A DNA stretch of 64,000 bases, from the NCBI GenBank assembly GCA_963779415.1, contig CAVZYA010000001.1, positions 896,001 through 960,000 of the forward strand, given 5' to 3'. Source of the stretch: an uncultured Acidobacteriota bacterium (GTDB lineage: Bacteria; Acidobacteriota; Thermoanaerobaculia; UBA5066). Both the position numbers and the translations under genes were made by a program. The notes beneath the pieces were generated by a model that worked only from the letters and a program-made list of their open reading frames with translations, was not told the origin of the DNA and did not search any database. Shown piece by piece: positions 8,894 through 16,775 of this stretch. Position 1 is the stretch's first letter. Each line of letters opens with the position of its first letter.

Positions 8894-9727
8894 GTGTCGA
8901 TCTTCCAGATCCTCCTTCCGGCCTTCGTGGCGGCCGTCATCCTGACCGGGATCCACGCCTACCTCGGCGTCCACGTGGTGGAGCGCGGCGTCATCTTCGT
9001 GGACCTCTCCCTGGCGCAGATCGCCGCGTTCGGCGGCACCGTCGGCTACCTCGCCGGCTACGACATCCACTCGCCAATGGCGTATGTCTTCTCGCTCGGC
9101 TTCACCGTCCTCGGAGCCGCCATCTTCGCGTTCACCCGCGTTCACCGCCGGACCCGGATCCCGCAGGAGGCGATCATCGGGATCGTCTACGCCGTGGCCG
9201 CGGCCGCCTCGGTCCTCGTGATGTCCAAGGCGACCCGCGAGACGGAGCACCTGAAAGAGATGCTCGTCGGGAACATCCTCTCGGTCTCCTGGGAGGAGCT
9301 CGGGAAGACCGCCGTTCTCTACGCGCTCGTCGGCCTCTTCCACTTCGTCTTCCGCAAGAGGTTCCTTCTCATCTCCCGGGACGAGCCCGAAGCCGAGCGG
9401 CAGGGCATCAACATCCGCTTCTGGGACTTCCTCTTCTACGTCTCGTTCGGGTTCGTCGTGACGAGCTCCGTGGCGATCGCGGGCGTTCTCCTCGTCTTTT
9501 CGTTCCTCATCGTGCCGTCGGTCGCCGCGATGCTCTTTTCCGAGCGGCTCGGAATCCGGCTCTTGATCGGCTGGACGATGGGGGTCGGCGTCTCGGCGGC
9601 CGGCGTCGCCCTCTCGTTCTTCCTCGACCTGCCGACGGGCACCGCGATCGTCGTCACCTTCGGAATCACCCTCGTTCTCCTGGCCGGGATCCGGTGGGCG
9701 TTCGGGCTCCGCTCCGCCCGGGCCTGA
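8894..9727 (+). CDS. Metal ABC transporter permease (ABC-3 family)
   Basis: GVHVVERGVIFVDLSLAQIAA, EAIIGIVY, GVLLVFSFLIVP. Confidence 0.92.
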   Translation: MSIFQILLPAFVAAVILTGIHAYLGVHVVERGVIFVDLSLAQIAAFGGTVGYLAGYDIHSPMAYVFSLGFTVLGAAIFAFTRVHRRTRIPQEAIIGIVYAVAAAASVLVMSKATRETEHLKEMLVGNILSVSWEELGKTAVLYALVGLFHFVFRKRFLLISRDEPEAERQGINIRFWDFLFYVSFGFVVTSSVAIAGVLLVFSFLIVPSVAAMLFSERLGIRLLIGWTMGVGVSAAGVALSFFLDLPTGTAIVVTFGITLVLLAGIRWAFGLRSARA

Positions 9728-9736
9728 AACCGGAAC

Positions 9737-9759
9737 AGGGCCGGCGCGAAGCCGGCCCT
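9737..9759. terminator. GC-rich hairpin between convergent genes (possible bidirectional terminator)
   Basis: AGGGCCGGC-GCGAA-GCCGGCCCT, a perfect 9-bp stem; U-tract weak. Confidence 0.55.
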
Positions 9760-9784
9760 TCCTGATTCGGTGATCCGAACGCCG

Positions 9785-10495
9785 TCAGCCGGCTTTCGCG
9801 AGGTTTTCCGCGGCGAACTCCCAGTTGACCAGCTTCTCGAGATACGCGGTGATGTAGTCGGGGCGCCTGTTCTGCCAGTCCAGGTAGTAGGCATGCTCCC
9901 AGACGTCCATCGTCAGGAGCGGCGTGGCGGCGGTCGTGAGCGGCGTTTCGGCGTTCGGAGTCTTTGCGCACTTCAACTTTCCGCCGTCGAGAACGAGCCA
10001 GGCCCAGCCGCTGCCGAACTGGGTCACCCCGGTCGTCGCGAACTCCTTCTTGAAGTTCTCGAGCCCGCCGAAGTCCTTCTCGATCATCTCCTTCAGCTTC
10101 CCCGACGGAGAGCCGCCCCCCTTGGGCCTCATGCTCTTCCAGTAGAAGGTGTGGTTCCAGACCTGCGCCGCGTTGTTGAAGATCCCGGCCTTGTCGGGCT
10201 TCCCCGCGACGGCCCTGACGATCTTCTCGAGGGGCAGGTCGGCCAGCTCGGTCCCGGCGATCAGCTTGTTCGTGTTGTCCACGTATGCCTTGTGGTGCTT
10301 GCCGTAGTGGAAGGAGATCGTGTTCGCAGAGATCTCCGGGGCGAGGGCGTTGTCGGAGTACGGGAGAGGCGGAAGTTCGATCATCGAGGCTCCTTTCAGG
10401 ATTGCCGGCGAGCCGAGAACCACCGCCGCGGCGCCGGTCGCCACGACGAGGTCGCGTCGTGTGAGCATAGAGGATTCGCTCCGGCCGTTGGTCAT
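9785..10495 (-). CDS. sodB: Fe superoxide dismutase with twin-arginine (Tat) signal peptide
   Basis: HYGKHH, FNNAAQVWNHTFYW (Fe-type), QFGSGW, DVWEHAYY; N-terminal TRRDLV plus hydrophobic stretch. Confidence 0.92.
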   Translation of the reverse strand: MTNGRSESSMLTRRDLVVATGAAAVVLGSPAILKGASMIELPPLPYSDNALAPEISANTISFHYGKHHKAYVDNTNKLIAGTELADLPLEKIVRAVAGKPDKAGIFNNAAQVWNHTFYWKSMRPKGGGSPSGKLKEMIEKDFGGLENFKKEFATTGVTQFGSGWAWLVLDGGKLKCAKTPNAETPLTTAATPLLTMDVWEHAYYLDWQNRRPDYITAYLEKLVNWEFAAENLAKAG

Positions 10496-10573
10496 GGCTC
10501 CCCTTTTCGCATCCGCATCCCATTATCCGACGGAAAAAGCCGAGCGGATGCCCGCCGGCGCGGCTCGGAGGCC

Positions 10574-13012
10574 TCAGAAGAGAAACGTGAGCTTCCCGGC
10601 GACCGTCCGGGGCGGGATGACGTGGGTTCCGCCGAAGACGGACTGGAAATTATAGAGACCCTGAACGTCGAAGGCGTTGAGGAGGTCGACCTGAAGCTCG
10701 AGCGGAAGGCCATACTTCTGGAGGCCCGCGCCGATGGAAAAGTTCCAGATCGTCCGCGACTTCACGCGCTGAGGGTCCTCGTTGAAGTTGATGTAGGGAG
10801 CGGCATAGGCCGTGTCGGGGCTCGAGAGAACGTCCTGGATCGTCCCGGCGTCCGTGACGAGGCCCGAATCGTACCGCTGCGTCATGCCGACCCAGACCCC
10901 CGTGCTCCCGAAGTTGTAGAAGAGGCCCACCTGCTCCTGGATGTCCTGGTCGTGGTCGATGACGAAGCAACCGCCTTCGAGAGACGACAGAAAGTCGGCC
11001 GTCAGGAAGAGGCCGCCGACGTTCGGATTGCAATACACCGCGTGCACGTGTCCGATCGACGCGTACCCGTAAAGGCCGCCGAGGACGGGGGCCAGGTCGA
11101 GCCGGACGTTCCAGCCGTTCAGCTTCCCGCTCGCGAAGTTGAGAGGGAAGACGATGCCCGTATTGAAGAACTGGTCCTGATCGGCGGCGTTCGTCACGTT
11201 CCGGTACCAGTACGAGACGTCCAGCCGCAGCTTCGTCCCGATCCCCTGCTGGACCCCGACGTTGTAGACGTCGTGCCGCTCCGAGACGTTGTAGAGGTCG
11301 CCCCCCCCTAGCTGCGGCGCCTCCTGGATCTGGGGCGGGGCGATCGACGCCGCCTGGGGTGACGAGGAGAGAAGGATGTTCTCGTACTCCGGCGTAATGA
11401 ACATCCGGTCGTAGGAAGCCCGGAAGACGGTGTTCGTGGCCCCCAGGAAATAGGCGACGCCGACGCGAGGCTGGAGCTGGTGCTCGGATTCGAAGAGATA
11501 GTTGTGGTCGAACCGGATGCCGACATTCGCGGTCAGGTCGTTCCACCGGATGCTGTCCTGGAGAAATCCGGCGACGTAAGCGCCCGTCCTCGATCCCGTG
11601 AAGTAGAAGGGGGAGCCTCCCCGCGTTCCGTCGTACGGGGCGAGGTTCGGGTTGTAGCTCTCCGACGCCGGGTCGTTGTAGGCCGGGTCGGTCACGAGGA
11701 AGGAAAACTGCTCCGAGATCGGAAAGCGCTTCGCCTGGATGCCGGCCTTGAATTCGTTGATCCCGATCGTCTTCGACAGGGCGACGTTGAATCCCTGGTT
11801 CTCGAGCGACCGGTTCTGGTCCGCCTGGACAGGGGTGTCGAAGGACGACCCGTAGAGGATCAGGCGGTTGTCCCGCGCGTAGAGCTGTCCCTCCAGCACC
11901 CAGGCGTCCCCGAAGACGTGCTGGTAGCCGAGGTTGAGGTTCCAGTCGTTCGAGACCACCTGGTCGCTCTGCCCGGCCAGCTCCTGGGACGGGAGGTTCG
12001 TGACGTCGCGCTCCGTCCGCCCGAGGTTGGCGCTGAGCCTCCAGCTGTCCGATGCGCTCGCCGAGACCGAATCGAGGCGCACGAAGCCGCGTACCGCGCT
12101 TCCCGTGTTGTGGGAGTTGTCGAACGAGACTGGATCGAGAAACCGGTCGGAGCGCGAAGCGTCCGCGTCGGCGAACCAGCCGAACCGGCTGTCGCCCCCT
12201 CCGGCCGAGACCGAGCCGACTCCCGTCCCGAACGAGGCGCCTCCCAGGGAAACCTCGCCCCTGACTCCGTTGGTCCCGAGGCCCGACCGGGTCGTCAGGT
12301 TGATGACGCCATTCGCCTTCTCTCCGTATTCCGCCGGGATCCCCCCCGTGATGACCTCGACGCCCTCGGCGACTCCGGGATTGAGGGAGTTCGAGAACGT
12401 GATGCCGATCTGGTCTCCGATCGGCTGGCCGTCGACGACGAGGAGCTGCTGCGAGTGTCCTCCCTGGAAGTGGTACCGCCCGTTCTCGTCCTGCGAGAAG
12501 CCGGGGGTCGACGTCACGAGCGACTCGAAGGCCCGGCTCGGCATTCCGCCCGGGGACCGCCGGATGAGCGACTTGTCGATGTCCACGTGCGTGGACGGGT
12601 CGTCGGTCTCCAGCGCGACCGGCTCCTTCTCGGCCTCGACCGTGGTCGATGCCGTGGCCGAGAGGCTCAGGACGATGTCCCGGACCACCGGTGCGGAGCC
12701 TCTCACGTCCAGATCGGTGTGATAGGGAGCGAAGCCGTCCAGAGAGGCGGTGAGGTGATAGGGGTTGGCGGGGACGTTGTAGAGGAGGTAGGCACCGTCC
12801 AGCCCGGACGTCGCCTGCTGGCGATACCCGGTGATGTCATTCGTCAGGGCGATGCTCACGCCGGGGAGCGGCATGCCGTCGGGGCCGATGACGTGCCCCC
12901 GGACCCGGCCGGCAACGGCGGTCATTGCAGAGACGGGACGGGAGACGACGACGGCAACCAAGAGAAAGACGAGCGCAAACGCGACGCGGCGAGCGATGTC
13001 TCTGGGCCTCAT
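10574..13012 (-). CDS. TonB-dependent receptor with N-terminal carboxypeptidase-regulatory-like domain
   Basis: SD AAGGAGG then ATG 13012; signal peptide; GRVRGHVIGPDG..LPGVSI; plug VDGQPIGD..GGIPAEYG..GVINLTTRSG; C-terminal PRT..LTFLF. Confidence 0.9.
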   Translation of the reverse strand: MRPRDIARRVAFALVFLLVAVVVSRPVSAMTAVAGRVRGHVIGPDGMPLPGVSIALTNDITGYRQQATSGLDGAYLLYNVPANPYHLTASLDGFAPYHTDLDVRGSAPVVRDIVLSLSATASTTVEAEKEPVALETDDPSTHVDIDKSLIRRSPGGMPSRAFESLVTSTPGFSQDENGRYHFQGGHSQQLLVVDGQPIGDQIGITFSNSLNPGVAEGVEVITGGIPAEYGEKANGVINLTTRSGLGTNGVRGEVSLGGASFGTGVGSVSAGGGDSRFGWFADADASRSDRFLDPVSFDNSHNTGSAVRGFVRLDSVSASASDSWRLSANLGRTERDVTNLPSQELAGQSDQVVSNDWNLNLGYQHVFGDAWVLEGQLYARDNRLILYGSSFDTPVQADQNRSLENQGFNVALSKTIGINEFKAGIQAKRFPISEQFSFLVTDPAYNDPASESYNPNLAPYDGTRGGSPFYFTGSRTGAYVAGFLQDSIRWNDLTANVGIRFDHNYLFESEHQLQPRVGVAYFLGATNTVFRASYDRMFITPEYENILLSSSPQAASIAPPQIQEAPQLGGGDLYNVSERHDVYNVGVQQGIGTKLRLDVSYWYRNVTNAADQDQFFNTGIVFPLNFASGKLNGWNVRLDLAPVLGGLYGYASIGHVHAVYCNPNVGGLFLTADFLSSLEGGCFVIDHDQDIQEQVGLFYNFGSTGVWVGMTQRYDSGLVTDAGTIQDVLSSPDTAYAAPYINFNEDPQRVKSRTIWNFSIGAGLQKYGLPLELQVDLLNAFDVQGLYNFQSVFGGTHVIPPRTVAGKLTFLF

Positions 13013-13023
13013 GGGGATTCGAG

Positions 13024-13111
13024 CCTCCTTCTGATGAATCAGGCAGGAAAGGAGACCGCGGCAGGCGGCCTCCCGGACCACGGACGACGGGCGTCTCTAC
13101 GCGGCCGGGAG
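13024..13111 (-). promoter_or_regulatory. Putative translational attenuator (segments 1:2, 2:3, 3:SD) between leader 2 and the TonB receptor
   Basis: mRNA segment 1 CUCCCGGCCGCG (13111-13100); segment 2 CGUGGUCCGGGAGGCCGC (13082-13065); segment 3 GCGGUCUCCUUU (13059-13048); SD AAGGAGG (13030-13024); pairings are mutually exclusive. Confidence 0.6.
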
Positions 13112-13375
13112 ACGGGGCGGGGAACGCCCCGTGAGATCCGGAAGGGACGGCCGGGCGACAGGGGTCTCTGCAGACGGCACGACCCCGGGCACCGAGCCCG
13201 GCTGAGCGACGATTGTCGGACCGGCGGCACCTTCGTGGGCGCTCGCGAGAGCGCACGCGAGGCACGCTCCGTCCTGCGTTCCCGTCGCCGCAGCGTGGGC
13301 GTGAAGCCCTGCAAGCGCTGCCAGGAAGAGCGCGAGAAGCCCCGCGGAGAGGAGGCGACGCGCGAGTCCCCTCAT
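13097..13375 (-). CDS. Leader peptide 2: DUF2946/CruR/CutF-like uORF
   Basis: 92 aa: signal peptide, HAH, ACLAC, C-terminal GRSPPRLPAA; paralogue at 16470-16748. Confidence 0.82.
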   Translation of the reverse strand: MRGLARRLLSAGLLALFLAALAGLHAHAAATGTQDGACLACALASAHEGAAGPTIVAQPGSVPGVVPSAETPVARPSLPDLTGRSPPRLPAA

Positions 13376-13439
13376 GGGTTCGGGAATTCTGGCAAGTGCG
13401 TCCTAGTCATCCGTCTCGTGCCCCGACAATTCGGTTTCC

Positions 13440-15893
13440 CTACTGCGGGAGGAGCGTCGCCGGGTCGTTCGTCCCGTTGTTGACGAGCGAGGCGAATCCC
13501 GTGAAGGTCGCTCCCGGAGTCGTCGTCCAGACGACGAGGGTCCCCGCCGATCCTTTTGGCGCCCCGACGCCCGTCGTGACGACCCGGTTGATCTGCGTCA
13601 TCCCGAGCTGCGCGAGTGTCACGCTCTGCGTCGTTCCGAGCTGCGTCCCGTCGTCGGCGTACAGGGCGTAACCGACGGTGATCGGGTAGGGGGTGACCCC
13701 TCCGTCCGGCGGCCCGTTCACGAGGACGAGGTTGGTCCTCACCTTGTCATCCTCGCGGACTCCCACGATCGCCACATTCGTCCCGGGCCGGAACCACGAC
13801 GCACTCGGGATCCCCGGCACGCTCTGGCCGAAGCGCCCCGGCCCGGATGGCGCCGGGGTCGTCGTCACGCTGTCGATGGCGAGACCCGGCGAGCTGCTCG
13901 TGACGAGGATGGCGCCGAAGTCCCGGTTCGACGAAAGGCCGAAGACAGAGCCGAGGACGTCGCGGAACGTGTAAGCCGTCTGCGGGTTCAGCGAGTAGCT
14001 CTTCGTCGGTCCCGTGCTTCCGTCGGGCGTCCCGAACGCGAGATAGCGCAGCGTCACGTTCGCCGACGTGGAGCCGACGTTCGCGAGGAAGAAGTCGGTG
14101 GTGTACATGGCCGGGGCTGCCACCGTGCCGCCGGCGGACCGGGCGACCGAGGGGACGATGAAGCTGGCGGCGCCGCTTCCGCCGAACCCGGTCGAGGCGA
14201 AGAGAGTCGCCGGGTCGTTCGTCCCGAGATTGTCGAGGAGGGAGGCGAAGGCCGTGAAGGCGCCCCCCGAGGTCGTCGTCGAGAGCGTGATCGTCGCGTT
14301 GGACGTGCTGCGGGTCCCCGTGATCGTCTGGATGACTCGGGGGAGCTGGGTCATCTCCAGCGGCTGCAGCGTCGGCGGCGTCAGCGTCCCGAGGTTCGCG
14401 CCGTTGTCGTCCCGGAGGCCGATCAGAACGTCGAGCGGCTGGTCGGTGGTGTTGACGAGGACGAGGTTCGTCCGGGCGGTGGAATCCTCACGGACTCCGG
14501 CGATCGCTCCCGGGGAGCCGGGCGAGATGAGCTGGGACGCCATCACCGCCGGAACGCTCTGGCCGAAGGCTCCCGTGCCGTCGGGCGTCGGGGTCGTCGT
14601 GACGCTCGAGACCTTCAGCGACGCCGAATTCGCGCTGACCCGGATCGCGCCGTAGTTGTTCCCCGTGAGGCCGAAAAGAGACGAGAGGACGTCCGCGTAG
14701 GTGAGGGCGTCCCCCGGGGCCACCGTCGCCGTCAGCTCGGGGCCCGAGGTCCCGTCCCCGTCGTGGCCGAGAAACTTGAATATCATGGTCGCGTCCGAGG
14801 ACCCTTCGTTCGCGACGAAGAGGTCCGTCGTGAAAAACGCCGGGGCGGCCGGCGTGCCGCCGGCCGTATGGGCGACCGATGCGACGTAGTAGTACGTCGG
14901 ACCGATCGGCGACGAGCCCCACCAGCCGATGTCCCGGAGGGCGTTCGGCGTGATGTCGACCCCGATCGGGAGATCGTCGTTGATGACCGGCTCCATCAGG
15001 ATGTCCGGGACGCACGACGTGTCCCAGTGCGACACGTTCGAGCCCGCCTGCACCGGGTTCGGCGCGTAGAGGAGCATCTGCCCGGCCGTGTTCATCCCCT
15101 TTCGCTGGACGAGGTACGCCGCCCCCGCCGCGTTCGCGGACGGGCCGGTCCAGACGAGGTTCCCCGTGTTGATCGCCGAAGCTTGCCGCTCGGCATCCGT
15201 CGCCATGTCGTTCCAGCTCTTCTTCGCCGTCGTGTCGTAGACGAAGGCGTCGAAAATGTCGGGCTGCGGCTGGTCTTGACAGCAGAACGTACCGGTCGTC
15301 TCGTCCGCGAGAGAGAGGAAGCCGAGGCCGTGGGCCGTCTCGTGAAGAGCGACCGTCAGGAGGTTGATGTCGCCGGAAGGGGTGTTCGTGTCGAAGCCGT
15401 AATAAAAATTGGTTCCGCTCAGGCAGCCGGACTGCCCCAGCATGCTGTTGAACTGCGTCGTCATGTATCCGACGTACCCTGCTTCGTAGGGGGGCTCGAG
15501 GTCGTAGCCCGCGAGCTGGCTCGCCTCGGCCACGACGTACCAGACGCCCGGGAGGACTCCGTCGGCGAAATCGGACTCGACGTAGTTCGGCGACGTCCCT
15601 CCGAGGACAGCCGTCGTCGATGAGCACGAGAGGGACTCGAAAGAGGCCCAAACGGTGATGTTGACGTTCCCGGGAAGGATGCCGCCCCAGATATCGGCGG
15701 CCTTTTGCAGCACGTTCATCCGCTGCTGGCCGATCGTCGTCCCGGGGTTTCCGCCGACGGGCGTGGCCGGTGTCGGGTCGTTCAGTCCCTGACCGGCGGC
15801 GTCCTTGTTGACGATCGTGATCGTCACGGCATGGGCGGGGAGGACGGCGAGAAAGACGAGAAGGACCGCGAGAAGAAGCGTCGTCCGGCGCAT
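13440..15893 (-). CDS. Secreted HEXXH zinc metallopeptidase with two tandem copies of an uncharacterised C-terminal domain
   Basis: Signal peptide; GLNDPTPATPVGGNPGTTIGQQR; LHETAHGLGF; SHWD..LMEP; repeats begin VASVAH..TTDLFVAN and VPSVAR..TTDFFLAN, and both end in GTNDPATL. Confidence 0.82.
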   Translation of the reverse strand: MRRTTLLLAVLLVFLAVLPAHAVTITIVNKDAAGQGLNDPTPATPVGGNPGTTIGQQRMNVLQKAADIWGGILPGNVNITVWASFESLSCSSTTAVLGGTSPNYVESDFADGVLPGVWYVVAEASQLAGYDLEPPYEAGYVGYMTTQFNSMLGQSGCLSGTNFYYGFDTNTPSGDINLLTVALHETAHGLGFLSLADETTGTFCCQDQPQPDIFDAFVYDTTAKKSWNDMATDAERQASAINTGNLVWTGPSANAAGAAYLVQRKGMNTAGQMLLYAPNPVQAGSNVSHWDTSCVPDILMEPVINDDLPIGVDITPNALRDIGWWGSSPIGPTYYYVASVAHTAGGTPAAPAFFTTDLFVANEGSSDATMIFKFLGHDGDGTSGPELTATVAPGDALTYADVLSSLFGLTGNNYGAIRVSANSASLKVSSVTTTPTPDGTGAFGQSVPAVMASQLISPGSPGAIAGVREDSTARTNLVLVNTTDQPLDVLIGLRDDNGANLGTLTPPTLQPLEMTQLPRVIQTITGTRSTSNATITLSTTTSGGAFTAFASLLDNLGTNDPATLFASTGFGGSGAASFIVPSVARSAGGTVAAPAMYTTDFFLANVGSTSANVTLRYLAFGTPDGSTGPTKSYSLNPQTAYTFRDVLGSVFGLSSNRDFGAILVTSSSPGLAIDSVTTTPAPSGPGRFGQSVPGIPSASWFRPGTNVAIVGVREDDKVRTNLVLVNGPPDGGVTPYPITVGYALYADDGTQLGTTQSVTLAQLGMTQINRVVTTGVGAPKGSAGTLVVWTTTPGATFTGFASLVNNGTNDPATLLPQ

Positions 15894-15897
15894 CTCG

Positions 15898-16383
15898 TCA
15901 CTTCTCCTCGGCGGCGGGCTTGGCCGCGGGGGCGGGGGCTTTCAGGGCTTCGCCGACCTTCGAAGCCGGCACGCACTCCTCGGAGAGCGTTCCGTCCGCG
16001 TTCTTCCGGACGACGGAATAACGGAAGTACTCGGGGCCTAGCTGCGCCCGCCTCCGCCCCGACGGGAGAGTTTCGACGGTCGTCGTCCGGACCCCCTTCG
16101 AGAAGGCCGGCTTGATCGCCGCCCCCGCGGCGCGAAGAGCCTCGATCTCCTTCGCCGTCGGCGCGCGAAGCTTCCCGGTGTCCGGATCCCTCACCACGAT
16201 CATCCGCGGTGCGGTCTTGCCGGCAGGCTCGGCGGCCGCCGGGGACTTCGGCGCGTCGCAGGCTGGCACAGTTTCCTTCGTGTCTCCTGCGAGAGCGCCA
16301 GTCGAGGCGAATAGAGCCCCCGCGAGAACCACCAATCCCGTCGGAGAAATCTTCATGCGGCAGGTACTGTTCCGGAGTGTCAT
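15898..16383 (-). CDS. Small secreted partner protein (DPxTGxLRAPT motif; post-PEP-CTERM-like domain)
   Basis: SD AAGGAGG then ATG 16383; signal peptide; VVRDPDTGKLRAPTAKE; YSVVRKNADGTLSEECV; stop 4 nt before the peptidase ATG. Confidence 0.72.
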   Translation of the reverse strand: MTLRNSTCRMKISPTGLVVLAGALFASTGALAGDTKETVPACDAPKSPAAAEPAGKTAPRMIVVRDPDTGKLRAPTAKEIEALRAAGAAIKPAFSKGVRTTTVETLPSGRRRAQLGPEYFRYSVVRKNADGTLSEECVPASKVGEALKAPAPAAKPAAEEK

Positions 16384-16393
16384 GACCTTCGGG

Positions 16394-16484
16394 CCTCCTT
16401 CCGAATGACGAATCAGGGAGGGAGACCGCAGCAGGCGGCCTCCCGGACCACGGACGACGACGACCGTCTCTACGCGGCCGGGAG
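16394..16484 (-). promoter_or_regulatory. Putative translational attenuator, copy 2
   Basis: Segment 1 16484-16473 and segment 2 16452-16435 identical to copy 1; segment 3 GCGGUCUCCCUCCC 16429-16416; SD 16400-16394; UGA-UUCG-UCA cap in the 3:4 hairpin. Confidence 0.6.
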
Positions 16485-16748
16485 GAAAGGCGGGGAACGC
16501 CCCGTCAGATCCGGGAGGGAGGGCCGGGCGGGAGGAAGATCGGCGGAAGGTACGACCCCGGGCACCGAGTCCGGTTGGGGGACGATTGTCGGGCCGGTGG
16601 CACCCTCGTGGGCGCTCGCGAGAGCACACGCGAGGCAAGATCCGTCCTCCCCTCCCACCGTCGCCGCATGGACATGAAGCCCAGCAAGCGCCGTCAGGAA
16701 GAGCGCGAGAAGCCCCGCGGTGAGTAAGCGGCGCCCGAATCCCCTCAT
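16470..16748 (-). CDS. Leader peptide 3: DUF2946/CruR/CutF-like uORF
   Basis: 92 aa: signal peptide, HVH, SCLAC, GRSPPFLPAA; preceded by extended -10 TGcTAGACT (16767-16759). Confidence 0.82.
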   Translation of the reverse strand: MRGFGRRLLTAGLLALFLTALAGLHVHAATVGGEDGSCLACALASAHEGATGPTIVPQPDSVPGVVPSADLPPARPSLPDLTGRSPPFLPAA

Positions 16749-16775
16749 GGGTGACAGAAGTCTAGCAAACGGGTC

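Larger units (their letters stand above)
13021..13378 (-). repeat. Copy 1 of a duplicated leader + attenuator cassette (copy 2 at ~16391-16751)
   Basis: Long shared blocks such as GCAGGCGGCCTCCCGGACCACGGACGACG, CTCTACGCGGCCGGGAG, CAGGAAGAGCGCGAGAAGCCCCGCGG, CCCCTCATGGGT. Confidence 0.9.
16391..16751 (-). repeat. Copy 2 of the duplicated leader + attenuator cassette
   Basis: Colinear similarity to 13021-13378 from the leader ATG to the downstream SD. Confidence 0.9.
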
